The notes beneath the pieces are model-generated. The model was not told the DNA's origin. It saw only the letters and a program-made list of their open reading frames with translations, and did not search any database. From IMG/VR virus record IMGVR_UViG_3300014835_000073: DNA of 64,000 nt; one strand, 5' to 3'. Position numbers and translations under genes: made by a program. The DNA comes from a virus. This document shows, piece after piece, positions 28,052-38,074 of this stretch (positions are counted from its first letter, which is position 1; each line of letters opens with the position of its first letter).

Positions 28052-31000
28052 ATGGCTCAACTTAGCTCACCAGGAGTAAGTGTAACAGTTGTCGATGAAA
28101 GTTTTTATACCCCGTCGGCACCGGGAACTGTCCCGATGATTGTTATTGCTTCAGAGGAAAATAAAACAAACGGAGCTGGTACTGGTACCGCATCCGGTAC
28201 ATTAAAAATAAATGCAGGAAAGGTATATTTACTTACTAGTCAAAAAGATTTATCAGATACTTTCGGTACTCCAAAATTCATAACCGATGTGAGTAATAAT
28301 CCAATACACGCAGGTGAACAGAATGAGTATGGCTTACAAGCGGCATACAGTTATTTAGGAGTTAGTAATCGTGCATATGTAGTACGAGCGGATGTTGATT
28401 TGGCTCAGTTGACAGCACGTACAACACCACCAAGTGGCAATCCTACCAATGGCACTTTTTGGTTTGAAACTGCTGCTACTAAATTTGGCATTTTTGAATG
28501 GAACGCCGCGTCCGCTTTGGTGATAGGTGGTCAAACATTTACTGTCAAACAGCCAGCTGTTATTACATCATCGGTGTATGTTGATAATTATCCATCGGCG
28601 CCTGTTCCAAAATCTAGCTTTGGCGCTACTGGTAGTTATGCAATTGTGGCAGTTAGTACACTACTTAAATTGTGGTACAAAAAACCAATTACCGCAACTC
28701 CTGTTAGTTGGGTAGAGGTTGGTACTACAGAATGGGCAGCTAGTTGGCCAGTTGTGTTAGGTACGGTATCGGCTCCAGTGTTAACATCCGGTGATACGAT
28801 TAGTATTAATGGCACTTTTGTAACTGGTGGTACACTTGATGCTTTAATATCCGACATTAATACTAAGTTAGTTTTAGTTGGTATTACCGCAGCTGCTCCG
28901 CGTGGTAAACTAGAATTGTATTCGGGTAGTGAATCAATTGTAGTTGCTGGCGATGTTGTGGTGCTTGTGAAACTTGGATTAACGGCAGGTACATACGCTG
29001 CTGTTGCATTGAGTATTGGGTCACATACGCAAGTGCCTCAATATAAATCAAGTGCTGGCAATCGACCAACTGGATCAATTTGGGTCAAGACTACCTCACC
29101 TAACTTGGGCGCTGATTGGATTATTCGTCGTTATAACAAAACTTCCGTTATCTGGGAAAATCTACCAGCGCCAATGTATTCCAGTAATGCAGCGGCATTG
29201 GCAGGTATTGATTCAACTGGTGGTGGTATTAATTTACCAGCAAACACTATATATATTAAAACAAATGATTCAGAATCAAATCCACCGTTGGTAAACTTTA
29301 AGTTATATCGCCGTAGTACAGTAGGGACAACTACTATTGTATCTGCGCCAATAACTGCTAGTACATTGGCGGCAAACGCTACTTATTCTTTTACGATTTC
29401 TGAGACCAAGTTAGGCACTGCGGAATATTCAACTCCGGTAACTATTAGTGTTACGATTGGTAGCACCCCAAGTGCCATTGTTACAGCTGAGTTAATTTTG
29501 GCTAGTTTGCAAAATTCACTGAGCGATTCAAATATCGTTGCGACGATGCTTAATGCGACTAATCAAATATCAATAAGTCATGAAAATGGCGGTGATTTTA
29601 AATTGGTTGATGGTGCGGTTCATCCATTGTTATCTCATTTGTTTTTGACTTCAACTACTGCAAATTATTTTGTTGATCCATCCGGTATTCCTAACTCATA
29701 TGTTGCAAGTTTGTGGACATCATTATCTGATGATAAATTAGGTGGATTTGCAATTGCAACTGGTGATGCCCCAGTTTCATCAACTCCAGACGGTGAATTG
29801 TGGTATGATAGCATCGTTGATGAAGTTGATATATTAATTCATAATGGTACTACTTGGGTTGGTTATTTAGATGCTACTGCTGTGACGATGAATCATGCGG
29901 GTATTTCTGGTGAGACAGATACAGACCCGGCTGGTCCATTAGTTAAAGCTGTGCCACCAACTACTCAAAGTGATGGTACGCCGTTGGCAAATGGTGATAT
30001 ATGGGTCAGTACTGCTGATACTGAGAATTATCCAATGATATATCGGTATAATAGAGTTATTGCTAAGTGGGTATTGCTTGATAATAGTGATCAAACTACT
30101 GAAAATGGCGTATTATTTCATGATGTGCGTTGGGATGTGACTGGTCAATCAGCTACTGCTAGTCCAATTCGTGAATTACTATCTAGTAATTTTATTGATT
30201 TTGATGCACCAGATCCTGCGTTATACCCAATGGGTATGTTATTGTGGAATTTGCGCAGAAGTGGTAACAATGTAAAGAGATTTGTGGTTAATTATGTAGA
30301 TGTACTAGGTAGAAATATAAGATTCAATAATAATGAACCTATGCACGATTACTATCCACATAAATGGGTTACTGAAGCAGGTAATCAAGAAGACGGTTCC
30401 GGTACGTTTGGCCGTAGATCACAGCGTAAAGTGGTTGTACAAGCATTGCAAGCATTGGTTAACAGTAATCAGCAAATTCGGGATGAAGATAGTCGAGTAT
30501 TTAATTTGTTAGCATGTCCTGGATATCCAGAATTGGTCGGTGAATTGATTGGGCTTAATACGGATCGTGGATTGACCGCATTTGTTGTTGCGGATGCCCC
30601 AGCTAGATTAACTGCCGACGCTACTTCACTGAGTAATTGGGGCAATAACACTAGTTTGGCGCTTGAGGATAATGATAAAGGGTTGGTATCATACGACGAA
30701 TATATGAGTTTCTTCTATCCTTGGGGTTATTCCAGTGACAATCTTGGTAATAATGTAGTAGTTCCACCTAGTCACATGATGTTACGGACGATTGCGTTAA
30801 GTGATAACGTAAGTTATCCGTGGTTTGCGCCTGCTGGGACACGTCGTGGTGGTATAAACAATGCTAGTTCGGTTGGTTATGTTGATGCTGGTGGTGAATT
30901 CCAAGCAGTTGCTTTGAATACTGGACAACGTGATACATTAGCTAGTATAAAAGTTAATCCATTATCATTTATTACTGGCAGCGGCTTGGTTAATTATGGC

Positions 31001-31354
31001 CAACTTACTCGTGCTAGAAATGCAAGTGCTTTAGATCGTATTAATGTAGCTAGACTGGTTATATATTTACGTAGACAATTGTCACAATTGTCTAAACCTT
31101 ATATCTTTGAACCCAATGACAAGATAACTAGGGATCAATTAAAACAAGCAGTTGAAAGTTTAATGCTTGAATTAGTTGGACAACGTGCTTTGTATGACTT
31201 TATTGTCGTATGTGATACTAGTAATAATACACCTGCTAGAATTGATCGCAGTGAATTATATTTAGATATTGCAATAGAACCAGTAAAAGCAGTGGAATTT
31301 ATTTACATTCCATTACGATTACAAAACACTGGCGAAATTAAAGGTAAGGTATAG
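28052..31354 (+). CDS. gp18: contractile tail sheath protein (gp18-like)
   Basis: LSSPGVSVTVVDES N-terminus; WFAPAGTRRG, RINVARL, FEPND, IEPVKAVEFIYIP; TATAAATA at 28012-28019. Confidence 0.95.
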   Translation: MAQLSSPGVSVTVVDESFYTPSAPGTVPMIVIASEENKTNGAGTGTASGTLKINAGKVYLLTSQKDLSDTFGTPKFITDVSNNPIHAGEQNEYGLQAAYSYLGVSNRAYVVRADVDLAQLTARTTPPSGNPTNGTFWFETAATKFGIFEWNAASALVIGGQTFTVKQPAVITSSVYVDNYPSAPVPKSSFGATGSYAIVAVSTLLKLWYKKPITATPVSWVEVGTTEWAASWPVVLGTVSAPVLTSGDTISINGTFVTGGTLDALISDINTKLVLVGITAAAPRGKLELYSGSESIVVAGDVVVLVKLGLTAGTYAAVALSIGSHTQVPQYKSSAGNRPTGSIWVKTTSPNLGADWIIRRYNKTSVIWENLPAPMYSSNAAALAGIDSTGGGINLPANTIYIKTNDSESNPPLVNFKLYRRSTVGTTTIVSAPITASTLAANATYSFTISETKLGTAEYSTPVTISVTIGSTPSAIVTAELILASLQNSLSDSNIVATMLNATNQISISHENGGDFKLVDGAVHPLLSHLFLTSTTANYFVDPSGIPNSYVASLWTSLSDDKLGGFAIATGDAPVSSTPDGELWYDSIVDEVDILIHNGTTWVGYLDATAVTMNHAGISGETDTDPAGPLVKAVPPTTQSDGTPLANGDIWVSTADTENYPMIYRYNRVIAKWVLLDNSDQTTENGVLFHDVRWDVTGQSATASPIRELLSSNFIDFDAPDPALYPMGMLLWNLRRSGNNVKRFVVNYVDVLGRNIRFNNNEPMHDYYPHKWVTEAGNQEDGSGTFGRRSQRKVVVQALQALVNSNQQIRDEDSRVFNLLACPGYPELVGELIGLNTDRGLTAFVVADAPARLTADATSLSNWGNNTSLALEDNDKGLVSYDEYMSFFYPWGYSSDNLGNNVVVPPSHMMLRTIALSDNVSYPWFAPAGTRRGGINNASSVGYVDAGGEFQAVALNTGQRDTLASIKVNPLSFITGSGLVNYGQLTRARNASALDRINVARLVIYLRRQLSQLSKPYIFEPNDKITRDQLKQAVESLMLELVGQRALYDFIVVCDTSNNTPARIDRSELYLDIAIEPVKAVEFIYIPLRLQNTGEIKGKV

Positions 31355-31363
31355 TACCATTAT

Positions 31364-31395
31364 CTGGGAGAGTGTAGTTAACTACACTCTCCCAG
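31364..31395. repeat. 32-bp perfect palindrome
   Basis: CTGGGAGAGTGTAGTT|AACTACACTCTCCCAG between sheath and tube genes. Confidence 0.9.
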
Positions 31396-31448
31396 TACAC
31401 GTAATTCAGGAATAGGTATGATAAATATAACACAGCAAGGAGTATGCA

Positions 31449-32081
31449 ATGTCAGTAATAGCATCATTAAGTAATTTTACGGTTCCATTAGCCTCAGACC
31501 AAAGTACTGGTACCCAAGGCGTATTAATGCCTAAATTTAAAAATAGGTTTAGAATCACGTTTGAGGGGTTTGGACTTGGGACAGCTGAAAATGTCGAACT
31601 TACAAAACAAGTTGCGGAAGCAGCTAGACCAACTGTCACCTATGGTGATGGTAAAATTGAAATATATAATTCTACTATTAATTTGGTAGGTAAGCCTACA
31701 TTTGGCCCAATTACTATTAAATTGCGTGATGATATTTTAGGTAATGTCAACAAGATAGTTGGGGCACAAAATCAAAAACAATTTGATTTTTATGAACAAA
31801 GTTCAGCTGCTTCCGGTGGTGATTACAAATTTTCCATGCGAATTGAAATGCTAGATGGTGGCAATGGTAGGCATACTCCAGTCGTTCAAGAAACCTGGGA
31901 ATGTGCAGGATGTTTTATTAAGTCAACTACATATGGTGCATTGGCATATGCGGGGCAAGAAATGGTAATGATTGAATTATCAATCCAGCCAGATAATTGC
32001 ATTCAAACGGGTACTGTTGCAGGATTTGGCGTAACAAATACCGTAAGAACAGAAGGTACAATGGCTACTGGTGGTGGTTAA
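31449..32081 (+). CDS. gp19: tail tube protein (gp19-like)
   Basis: PKFKNRFR…ARP…I..KLRDD…YKF…LDG…WE..GCFI; directly follows the sheath. Confidence 0.85.
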   Translation: MSVIASLSNFTVPLASDQSTGTQGVLMPKFKNRFRITFEGFGLGTAENVELTKQVAEAARPTVTYGDGKIEIYNSTINLVGKPTFGPITIKLRDDILGNVNKIVGAQNQKQFDFYEQSSAASGGDYKFSMRIEMLDGGNGRHTPVVQETWECAGCFIKSTTYGALAYAGQEMVMIELSIQPDNCIQTGTVAGFGVTNTVRTEGTMATGGG

Positions 32082-32091
32082 CTAAATTAAC

Positions 32092-32119
32092 AATGAGGTA
32101 TGATTAATCATACCTCATT
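32092..32119. repeat. 28-bp perfect palindrome (probable terminator)
   Basis: AATGAGGTATGATT|AATCATACCTCATT after the tube gene. Confidence 0.85.
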
Positions 32120-32158
32120 TTCACAATCAAGTGTGTGACTTATTTACTAAATAGTAAT

Positions 32159-33148
32159 ATGGCATTTACTCCAACTAATCAATTAACTCCAGATCCACAT
32201 ATCTGGCTTAGAAATCAGCAACATGCGTCACGCATGTTTACTGATGATCAATTTAGGCTAGCTCCAAAAGCAAAATTTTCATTTCATGTATCATTTGGTA
32301 TAAATCCTAACGCATTGCAGGATGTGCAATTAATTCAACGCCATACAAATGAAATCAATATGCTAGTTAAAAGTGTTCAATTGCCAACATTTACTATGAC
32401 GAATGAAACCATGAATCAGTATAATAGAAAAAAAGTTATACAAATACAGCATAAAATTGACAATATTAATATTACATTTCATGATGATAATATGGGGATA
32501 ATTAACGCATTATGGCGTAATTATTATACATATTATTATGCTGATTCCGCATCTGCTGCGAGTGGCAATGCGTATGCCAGAAATGCAACTAAAATTAGTA
32601 CATATATCCATGGAAATTATGGATTGGATAATGGCAGTACCGATCCGTTTTTTACTTATATTAAAGTCTATCAGATGGGCAGACATGAATATATCAGTTA
32701 TCAATTAGTTAATCCAGTGATAGCAACTTGGGTGCCATCTGCGTTATCTTATGCTAGTTCATCTGGTGGCGACTTTGCTGAATATACTATGGGTATTTCA
32801 TGCGAGGCCGTTTCATACGCAAATGGTCAGGTAACACCCGGGACCGTGGAAGGATTTGGCGTGGAACATTATGATACAACGCCCTCTCCGTTGGGGGAGT
32901 CAGCTACTGCGTCAATTAACGCAGGGTCGTTAAGCCCATCATTAGTATCATCAGTGAGGTCACCGGGCAATGCGACCACCGTAACCTCATTAGTCCAAAA
33001 TGCATCGGTGTCATCAGGTACAAGTGGTATTTTGGGCAATATAATGGCATCATCGGTTCAGGGTGTGTCGGGATTACAAGGGGTGGCATTTCCGTTGGTA
33101 TCCGGCAGTACCACAACTCAAGCAACACCAGTTACATTAGGTAATTAA
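32159..33148 (+). CDS. tube-fold baseplate/tail protein (gp48/gp54-like)
   Basis: APKAKFSFHV…LVKSVQLP…NQYNRK…ITFHDDN; start MAFTP after CTAAATA. Confidence 0.6.
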   Translation: MAFTPTNQLTPDPHIWLRNQQHASRMFTDDQFRLAPKAKFSFHVSFGINPNALQDVQLIQRHTNEINMLVKSVQLPTFTMTNETMNQYNRKKVIQIQHKIDNINITFHDDNMGIINALWRNYYTYYYADSASAASGNAYARNATKISTYIHGNYGLDNGSTDPFFTYIKVYQMGRHEYISYQLVNPVIATWVPSALSYASSSGGDFAEYTMGISCEAVSYANGQVTPGTVEGFGVEHYDTTPSPLGESATASINAGSLSPSLVSSVRSPGNATTVTSLVQNASVSSGTSGILGNIMASSVQGVSGLQGVAFPLVSGSTTTQATPVTLGN

Positions 33149-33150
33149 CT

Positions 33151-33516
33151 ATGTCATTAAATCTTCCAATCCAGTCAGCCGATACCACTATTGATGTTAA
33201 GCAATTCTTTGATAAATTCTTTATTAATCAAATTAGTTTTCCCAGTGGGCAAATTGACGCGGTAGTTGGGTTTTTTTTAAAAAGATCATTTGATGTAGAA
33301 AGTGCCAGATCAACTGCTATTGTATTATTGAATCAAGCTAGGACAGATAATGTAAATGTTTTTGAATTACTTGATACCTTAACCGGATTAACTGATCTAC
33401 AATTAAGTCAGGTTGTGGCTCAGGTATTGAATGTATATCGAGAAAACGTTAGTTTATTGGGGTATCGAATTGCGCCATTGATTGATACCTATGAAGTTAG
33501 GAATATATTAATATGA
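33151..33516 (+). CDS. hypothetical protein
   Basis: 121-aa ORF within the structural operon. Confidence 0.6.
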   Translation: MSLNLPIQSADTTIDVKQFFDKFFINQISFPSGQIDAVVGFFLKRSFDVESARSTAIVLLNQARTDNVNVFELLDTLTGLTDLQLSQVVAQVLNVYRENVSLLGYRIAPLIDTYEVRNILI

Positions 33517-33953
33517 GTCATAAATTTGCTAGGGGTAAATTCACCCCAAAGAATCCAGGTAAGTACATTGGTACTAAGATACCGCAATATAGAAGCTCAT
33601 GGGAATTGAATTTTTGTATGTTTTGTGATACGAGCAACAGTATTCAAAAATGGGCTAGTGAAGCAATATCCATACCGTATCGTGATCCATTGACTGGTAG
33701 AAATACCGTTTATGTGCCGGACTTTTTCATTCAATATTTGGATAAGAATAATAAAATTAATACTGAATTGATAGAAATAAAACCATCCAGTCAGCAATTG
33801 TTGGAGAAGGTTGGGAAGAGTAAATTCAATCAAGCGCAGTTTATAAAAAATCAAGCAAAATGGAGTGCCGCGTCAAATTGGTGCAAACAGCAAGGTATTG
33901 TATTTAGGGTGCTAAATGAAACTGATTTGTTTATGAATGGCAAGGCTAAATAA
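33513..33953 (+). CDS. gp4: head completion nuclease (T4 gp4-like, TnsA/PD-(D/E)xK fold)
   Basis: GKFTPKNPGKY…YRSSWE…WASE…IPY…YVPDF…IEIKP…KW.AA..WC. Confidence 0.85.
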   Translation: MSHKFARGKFTPKNPGKYIGTKIPQYRSSWELNFCMFCDTSNSIQKWASEAISIPYRDPLTGRNTVYVPDFFIQYLDKNNKINTELIEIKPSSQQLLEKVGKSKFNQAQFIKNQAKWSAASNWCKQQGIVFRVLNETDLFMNGKAK

Positions 33954-34015
33954 AGATGTAGTTCACGGAATGGGGATTCCTAACTACTTTAATGTCACTG
34001 ATGACATCAACGATG
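33946..34015 (+). promoter_or_regulatory. late promoter plus conserved double-hairpin leader of the HNH gene
   Basis: CTAAATA-AAG-ATGTAGTTCACGGAA-TGGGGA-TTCC-TAACTAC, then ATGTCA-CTGA-TGACAT hairpin before ATG 34013. Confidence 0.7.
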
Positions 34016-34243
34016 ATATTTATCGATAACAAAGATACCAGATGGTATTTCAATATAATTAATAGAGCTAAACCCAGACATCTCACGGAATATTCTGAAA
34101 ACCACCATATTGTACCAAAATCACTGGGTGGAAATAACAGTAAAGAAAACCTAGTTCAGTTAACTGCCAGGGAACATTTTATATGTCATCGATTGTTGAT
34201 TAGAATGCTAGTTGGTGAAAATAAAGGAAAAATGGTATATTAA
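34013..34243 (+). pseudogene. truncated HNH homing endonuclease
   Basis: MIFIDNKDTRWY…ENHHIVPKSLGGNNSKENLVQLTAREHFICH; stops after 76 aa and is followed by an inverted repeat. Confidence 0.8.
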
Positions 34244-34378
34244 TTTTTGAAATAGTGGATAGTGGAATAAGTAACATATCTACTATTTCAAAAAAGATAT
34301 GGATATCTTGGGATAGAATACGATTGATTTTGGACAGACGAACATTATTCGCCGAATAATGAAACGATAAATAATAAC

Positions 34379-34858
34379 ATGAAGAAACTAGAAGATATAC
34401 TCAATTTACCTACCAGTCAAGTGATCATGCGTACTGCCCGTCAGAAGGTACCGCCAGTGATTATCCCTGCTACTAATTTTAGAAATGTATCAGATTTTGA
34501 TAAAATATCAGCGGCATTGCCCCCAGTGACTGGGTTAGGTGACATCAGTGATACCGAATTTGATGAATTATCACAACGGGCAACATCTGCGTATGATGAC
34601 CTCATGGATCTTGGATTAAATGTCGAGGCTAGATATTCAGCTAGGATATTTGAAGTGGCATCAAGTATGCTCAAGAATGCAATTGATGCTAAATCTGCCA
34701 AGGTAGATAAAAAACTCAAGATGATAGAATTACAACTTAAAAAACAGAAATTAGATAATGATGCTAGTTCAGATGATCGAGGCATTGACATACAAGGGGA
34801 AGGTTTTGTCGTTAGTGACCGCAATAGTCTTCTTGAAAAATTGAAAAATATGAAGTAA
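34379..34858 (+). CDS. probable terminase small subunit
   Basis: Helical protein upstream of TerL (DLMDLGLNVEARY…A..MLKNAIDAK…DRNSLLEKL); position-based call. Confidence 0.5.
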   Translation: MKKLEDILNLPTSQVIMRTARQKVPPVIIPATNFRNVSDFDKISAALPPVTGLGDISDTEFDELSQRATSAYDDLMDLGLNVEARYSARIFEVASSMLKNAIDAKSAKVDKKLKMIELQLKKQKLDNDASSDDRGIDIQGEGFVVSDRNSLLEKLKNMK

Positions 34859-34878
34859 ATATATCATGGAATTACAAA

Positions 34879-35502
34879 ATGAAATCATTTAAGGAACATT
34901 TGCTGGAAAGCAAACAAACGTATAATTTTAAAATTAAATTAGTCGGCGATCATGCAGATGAGATATCTGACAAAATGGAATCAGCATTGACGAGATTTAA
35001 AGTTGAAACATTTTCAGCCGCCAAACATACTCCCATTCAAGAAACACAGCTGGATTTTCCATCGCATCAAAATATTGGAGTGACAATGTTTGATGTTTCG
35101 TTATGCTACCCAGCAACAACCGCTCAGTTACAAAATTTACTAGCGGAAGCATTGAATTTGTTACCTGCGTGTATTAAAATACACACACTGCATGAGCATG
35201 AGGAAGAACTTATCAATCATCAATATGATGAAAAATCAGGAAATACCGTGTTGGGTAAAAATTATCCGAAAAGTGATAACCAATCCATCGTTGGTGATAA
35301 GCATACTATGTTGTTATTGAAGGAATTATCAAAAACTAAACATCAAGGCGAATCATATAAGGGTGTTAATGCCGCACTATTAGTCAAAAAATCACCATCT
35401 GAAAAAGTTGCGCCTTCAAAAATCAACAAAAAAGATGGTAGTATTAGTACAGTAGGATCTAGGGATGTGCCAAAACCTACCGCAGATATGGGAAGGAAAT
35501 AA
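34879..35502 (+). CDS. hypothetical late protein
   Basis: MKSFKEHLLES N-terminus; GTAAATA upstream. Confidence 0.65.
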   Translation: MKSFKEHLLESKQTYNFKIKLVGDHADEISDKMESALTRFKVETFSAAKHTPIQETQLDFPSHQNIGVTMFDVSLCYPATTAQLQNLLAEALNLLPACIKIHTLHEHEEELINHQYDEKSGNTVLGKNYPKSDNQSIVGDKHTMLLLKELSKTKHQGESYKGVNAALLVKKSPSEKVAPSKINKKDGSISTVGSRDVPKPTADMGRK

Positions 35503-35503
35503 A

Positions 35504-36124
35504 ATGAATTTCGCAGCATTATATAAAAAAATAGCAAACATAGATAAAAATGTTATATTAAATGAATGTGACTGTATGGATAATACTGAACCAAAGCAAC
35601 CAGTTCAGCAAGATTCGGTTAATATGAATGTGTCAATAACTGGTCAAGGTTCAAATGGTATTCGTGATTTGATAGATATGCTACGTCATATTGAAAAAGC
35701 GCCAGACACAACTACAGAAATGCCGATTAATAGACCAGTTTCATCTGATTATAACAGCGGTGAAGTTATTGTGATTGGTGAACCTCCTATCGAATATGAT
35801 GGTGAATCTACTGATGAGCATCAATATGATAATGACGACGAATCACAATACGGTGATGTTGACAATGAGCCACACTACGGTGACATTGATGATATTCTGG
35901 TAGGTGACATGGATGAGGAACTATCTGACGATTTCGAAAATTCCGCACCTGGTAATTCTGGCCTTAAGACTTACGGAATAGGCGCAGTAGTTGCAATGGG
36001 CGATGATTTATTAAGTAAGGGTAAAGGATCTGTGAAGGTCAATGGTGGTGAAAATCCATTTGCAGTTAAAGAATCATTAGTTAGGGATTTGCGAACGTTG
36101 TACAACGAAATTAAAATTAGATAA
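35504..36124 (+). CDS. hypothetical acidic protein
   Basis: Start MNFAALY immediately after the upstream stop; Asp/Glu-rich. Confidence 0.65.
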   Translation: MNFAALYKKIANIDKNVILNECDCMDNTEPKQPVQQDSVNMNVSITGQGSNGIRDLIDMLRHIEKAPDTTTEMPINRPVSSDYNSGEVIVIGEPPIEYDGESTDEHQYDNDDESQYGDVDNEPHYGDIDDILVGDMDEELSDDFENSAPGNSGLKTYGIGAVVAMGDDLLSKGKGSVKVNGGENPFAVKESLVRDLRTLYNEIKIR

Positions 36125-36148
36125 GCATTTTTAAAAAACATCCATTCA

Positions 36149-36175
36149 AAAAGCAGTCAACAGACTGCTTTTTTT
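36149..36175 (+). terminator. intrinsic terminator
   Basis: AAAAGCAGTC-AACA-GACTGCTTTTTTT. Confidence 0.75.
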
Positions 36176-36188
36176 TGTAAATAAAAGC

Positions 36189-37802
36189 ATGGCAACAAAA
36201 TCATTAGATGGGGCACTAACTAAAAAAGCTCACATAAAACAGCAATGGTCAGAAGAACAGATACAAGATATGCTTTCCTGTATGGACCCAGAACTTGGGT
36301 ATTTGTATTTTGCTAGGAAATTCTTTCATATACAGCATCCAGTTAAGGGCAAATTGCTATTTTCCCCATTTGAATATCAAGAACGACTACTAAGCAGTTA
36401 TCATAATAATAGATTTAATTGTAATCTACTACCACGTCAGAGCGGTAAAGCATTAAGTCTTGATACCAAACTTCCAACAGCGTCGGGCGATTGGGTTACT
36501 ATGGGCACTATTGCGGTAGGTGATCTCATCGTAGGCTCAGATGGTAAATCAACAATGGTCACTTTTGCTACTGATGTGATGCATAATCGCCCATGTTTTG
36601 AGGTGGAGTTTGATACCGGTGAAATTATTGTCGCTGATGCTGAACATTTATGGAAAGTTGAAAGTGTAAACCAAACATTTGGTACAAGTATTCTGACTAC
36701 TGTCGAAATTAATCAGTACATGATAACGCATTTGTCAACTGATACATTGTACATTGACATTACTCATCCAATTCAACGTGTAGAACAGTCATTGGTAATA
36801 CCTCCTTATATATTGGGTGTTTGGTTAGGCGCTGGTGATACTAATAGTGGTAATTATCGACAGTCAATTGAAAACATTGAGATAATTGATTTTATCGCAC
36901 TTAATGGATATTCAGTGTCATCGGTAGTTGGTGTAGTTGATAGTGAAATGTACGTAATTAATGAACTGAATGTGAAATTATCTGACTTTAATTTATTGAC
37001 AAATAAGTATATTCCATCTATATATCTAAAATCGGCAATAAGACAACGAGTGGAATTATTGCAAGGATTGATGGATTCTATTGGTAGTTGTGATTGTCTA
37101 GGTAATTGTGAATTGAGTTATGTTGAAAAATCAATGATATTAAGTATTAGGGAATTGTTATCATCATTGGGTATAAAAACAAACCTCCATACTACGATTA
37201 TAACTGGGATTGTCTGGTATAACCTGACATTTAGAACAATTGATTATGATGTATTCAAATTAACTACTAAGTTGACCAGCCAAAAATCGTGTGCTGATAT
37301 TGTAGAAAATAAACGGCTGTATATTACTGAGATACGATCAATTAATTCAGTTCCGGTAAGATGTATTCAAGTTGATAATGAATCACATATGTTTTTGTGT
37401 GGTGATACAATGATACCAACGCACAATACAACCTGCGCTTCAGCATATCTGTTATGGTACGCGATGTTCCATCCTGATCAAACCATATTGGTAGCTGCTC
37501 ATAAATTCACTGGCGCTCAAGAAATTATGCAACGAATTAGGTATGGGTACGAATTATGCCCTGATTTCTTACGAGCTGGGGTAATTAGTTACAATAAAGG
37601 TTCTATGGAATTTGATAATGGATCACGCATTGTGAGTCAGACGACTACTGGTACCACCGGTCGTGGTATGAGTATTTCATTACTTTACTGTCTTGATGGC
37701 GATTCTACTGTTAAAATACGAAATAAAATAACATTGGTCGAGGAAGATATTACATTACATGCGTTATACGTCCGATTATACAATCCTATACATATTATTT
37801 AA
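36189..37802 (+). CDS. terL: terminase large subunit, N-terminal part, with a cis intein and the N-half of a split intein
   Basis: PRQSGK|intein|TT Walker A; SQTTTGTTGRGMSISLLY then CLDGD… intein start. Confidence 0.9.
   Translation: MATKSLDGALTKKAHIKQQWSEEQIQDMLSCMDPELGYLYFARKFFHIQHPVKGKLLFSPFEYQERLLSSYHNNRFNCNLLPRQSGKALSLDTKLPTASGDWVTMGTIAVGDLIVGSDGKSTMVTFATDVMHNRPCFEVEFDTGEIIVADAEHLWKVESVNQTFGTSILTTVEINQYMITHLSTDTLYIDITHPIQRVEQSLVIPPYILGVWLGAGDTNSGNYRQSIENIEIIDFIALNGYSVSSVVGVVDSEMYVINELNVKLSDFNLLTNKYIPSIYLKSAIRQRVELLQGLMDSIGSCDCLGNCELSYVEKSMILSIRELLSSLGIKTNLHTTIITGIVWYNLTFRTIDYDVFKLTTKLTSQKSCADIVENKRLYITEIRSINSVPVRCIQVDNESHMFLCGDTMIPTHNTTCASAYLLWYAMFHPDQTILVAAHKFTGAQEIMQRIRYGYELCPDFLRAGVISYNKGSMEFDNGSRIVSQTTTGTTGRGMSISLLYCLDGDSTVKIRNKITLVEEDITLHALYVRLYNPIHII
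36450..37427 (+). mobile_element. class-3 (Ala1, W-C-T) intein with degenerate LAGLIDADG endonuclease
   Basis: Starts ALSLDT; block B DAEHLW, block F VRCIQV, block G IPTHN|T; endonuclease motifs LGVWLGAG and GLMDSIG. Confidence 0.85.
37689..37802 (+). mobile_element. split intein N-fragment (37 aa)
   Basis: CLDGDSTVKIRNK…LHALYVRLYNPIHII* at the TerL Walker B site. Confidence 0.8.
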
Positions 37803-37832
37803 GTGACGAGTTTGCGTTTGTATAACTAGATT

Positions 37833-37861
37833 CAACTACCACGACCTGACGGACGTGGTTT
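37833..37861. mobile_element. IS200/IS605-like terminal hairpin remnant
   Basis: CAACTACCACGACCTGACGGACGTGGTTT resembles IS605/IscB-type end hairpins; no transposase nearby. Confidence 0.45.
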
Positions 37862-38074
37862 TACGTGGCAACTGATAAAAAATCTGAAAATGATACCTTG
37901 GGAAGAAAGTTTAGAAAAATCTAGGAATTCGTCAATAAAATTAAATGACCTTGATAGAGGTTAAATATACAATTGAGCAATCGATTGCTCAATTTGAATA
38001 CGTTATTCAGTGTATAACTGAAGCAATCGCTAGTAACTTGCCTGTTAGTGGTGCGTATATTTTGGAAAAATTGA

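Noticed and set aside
34244-34296. Inverted repeat after the truncated HNH sharing TTTTTGAAATAGTG with the promoter spacer at about 27254-27267
   Set aside because: The hairpin is real, but a short AT-rich match is weak evidence of a functional link
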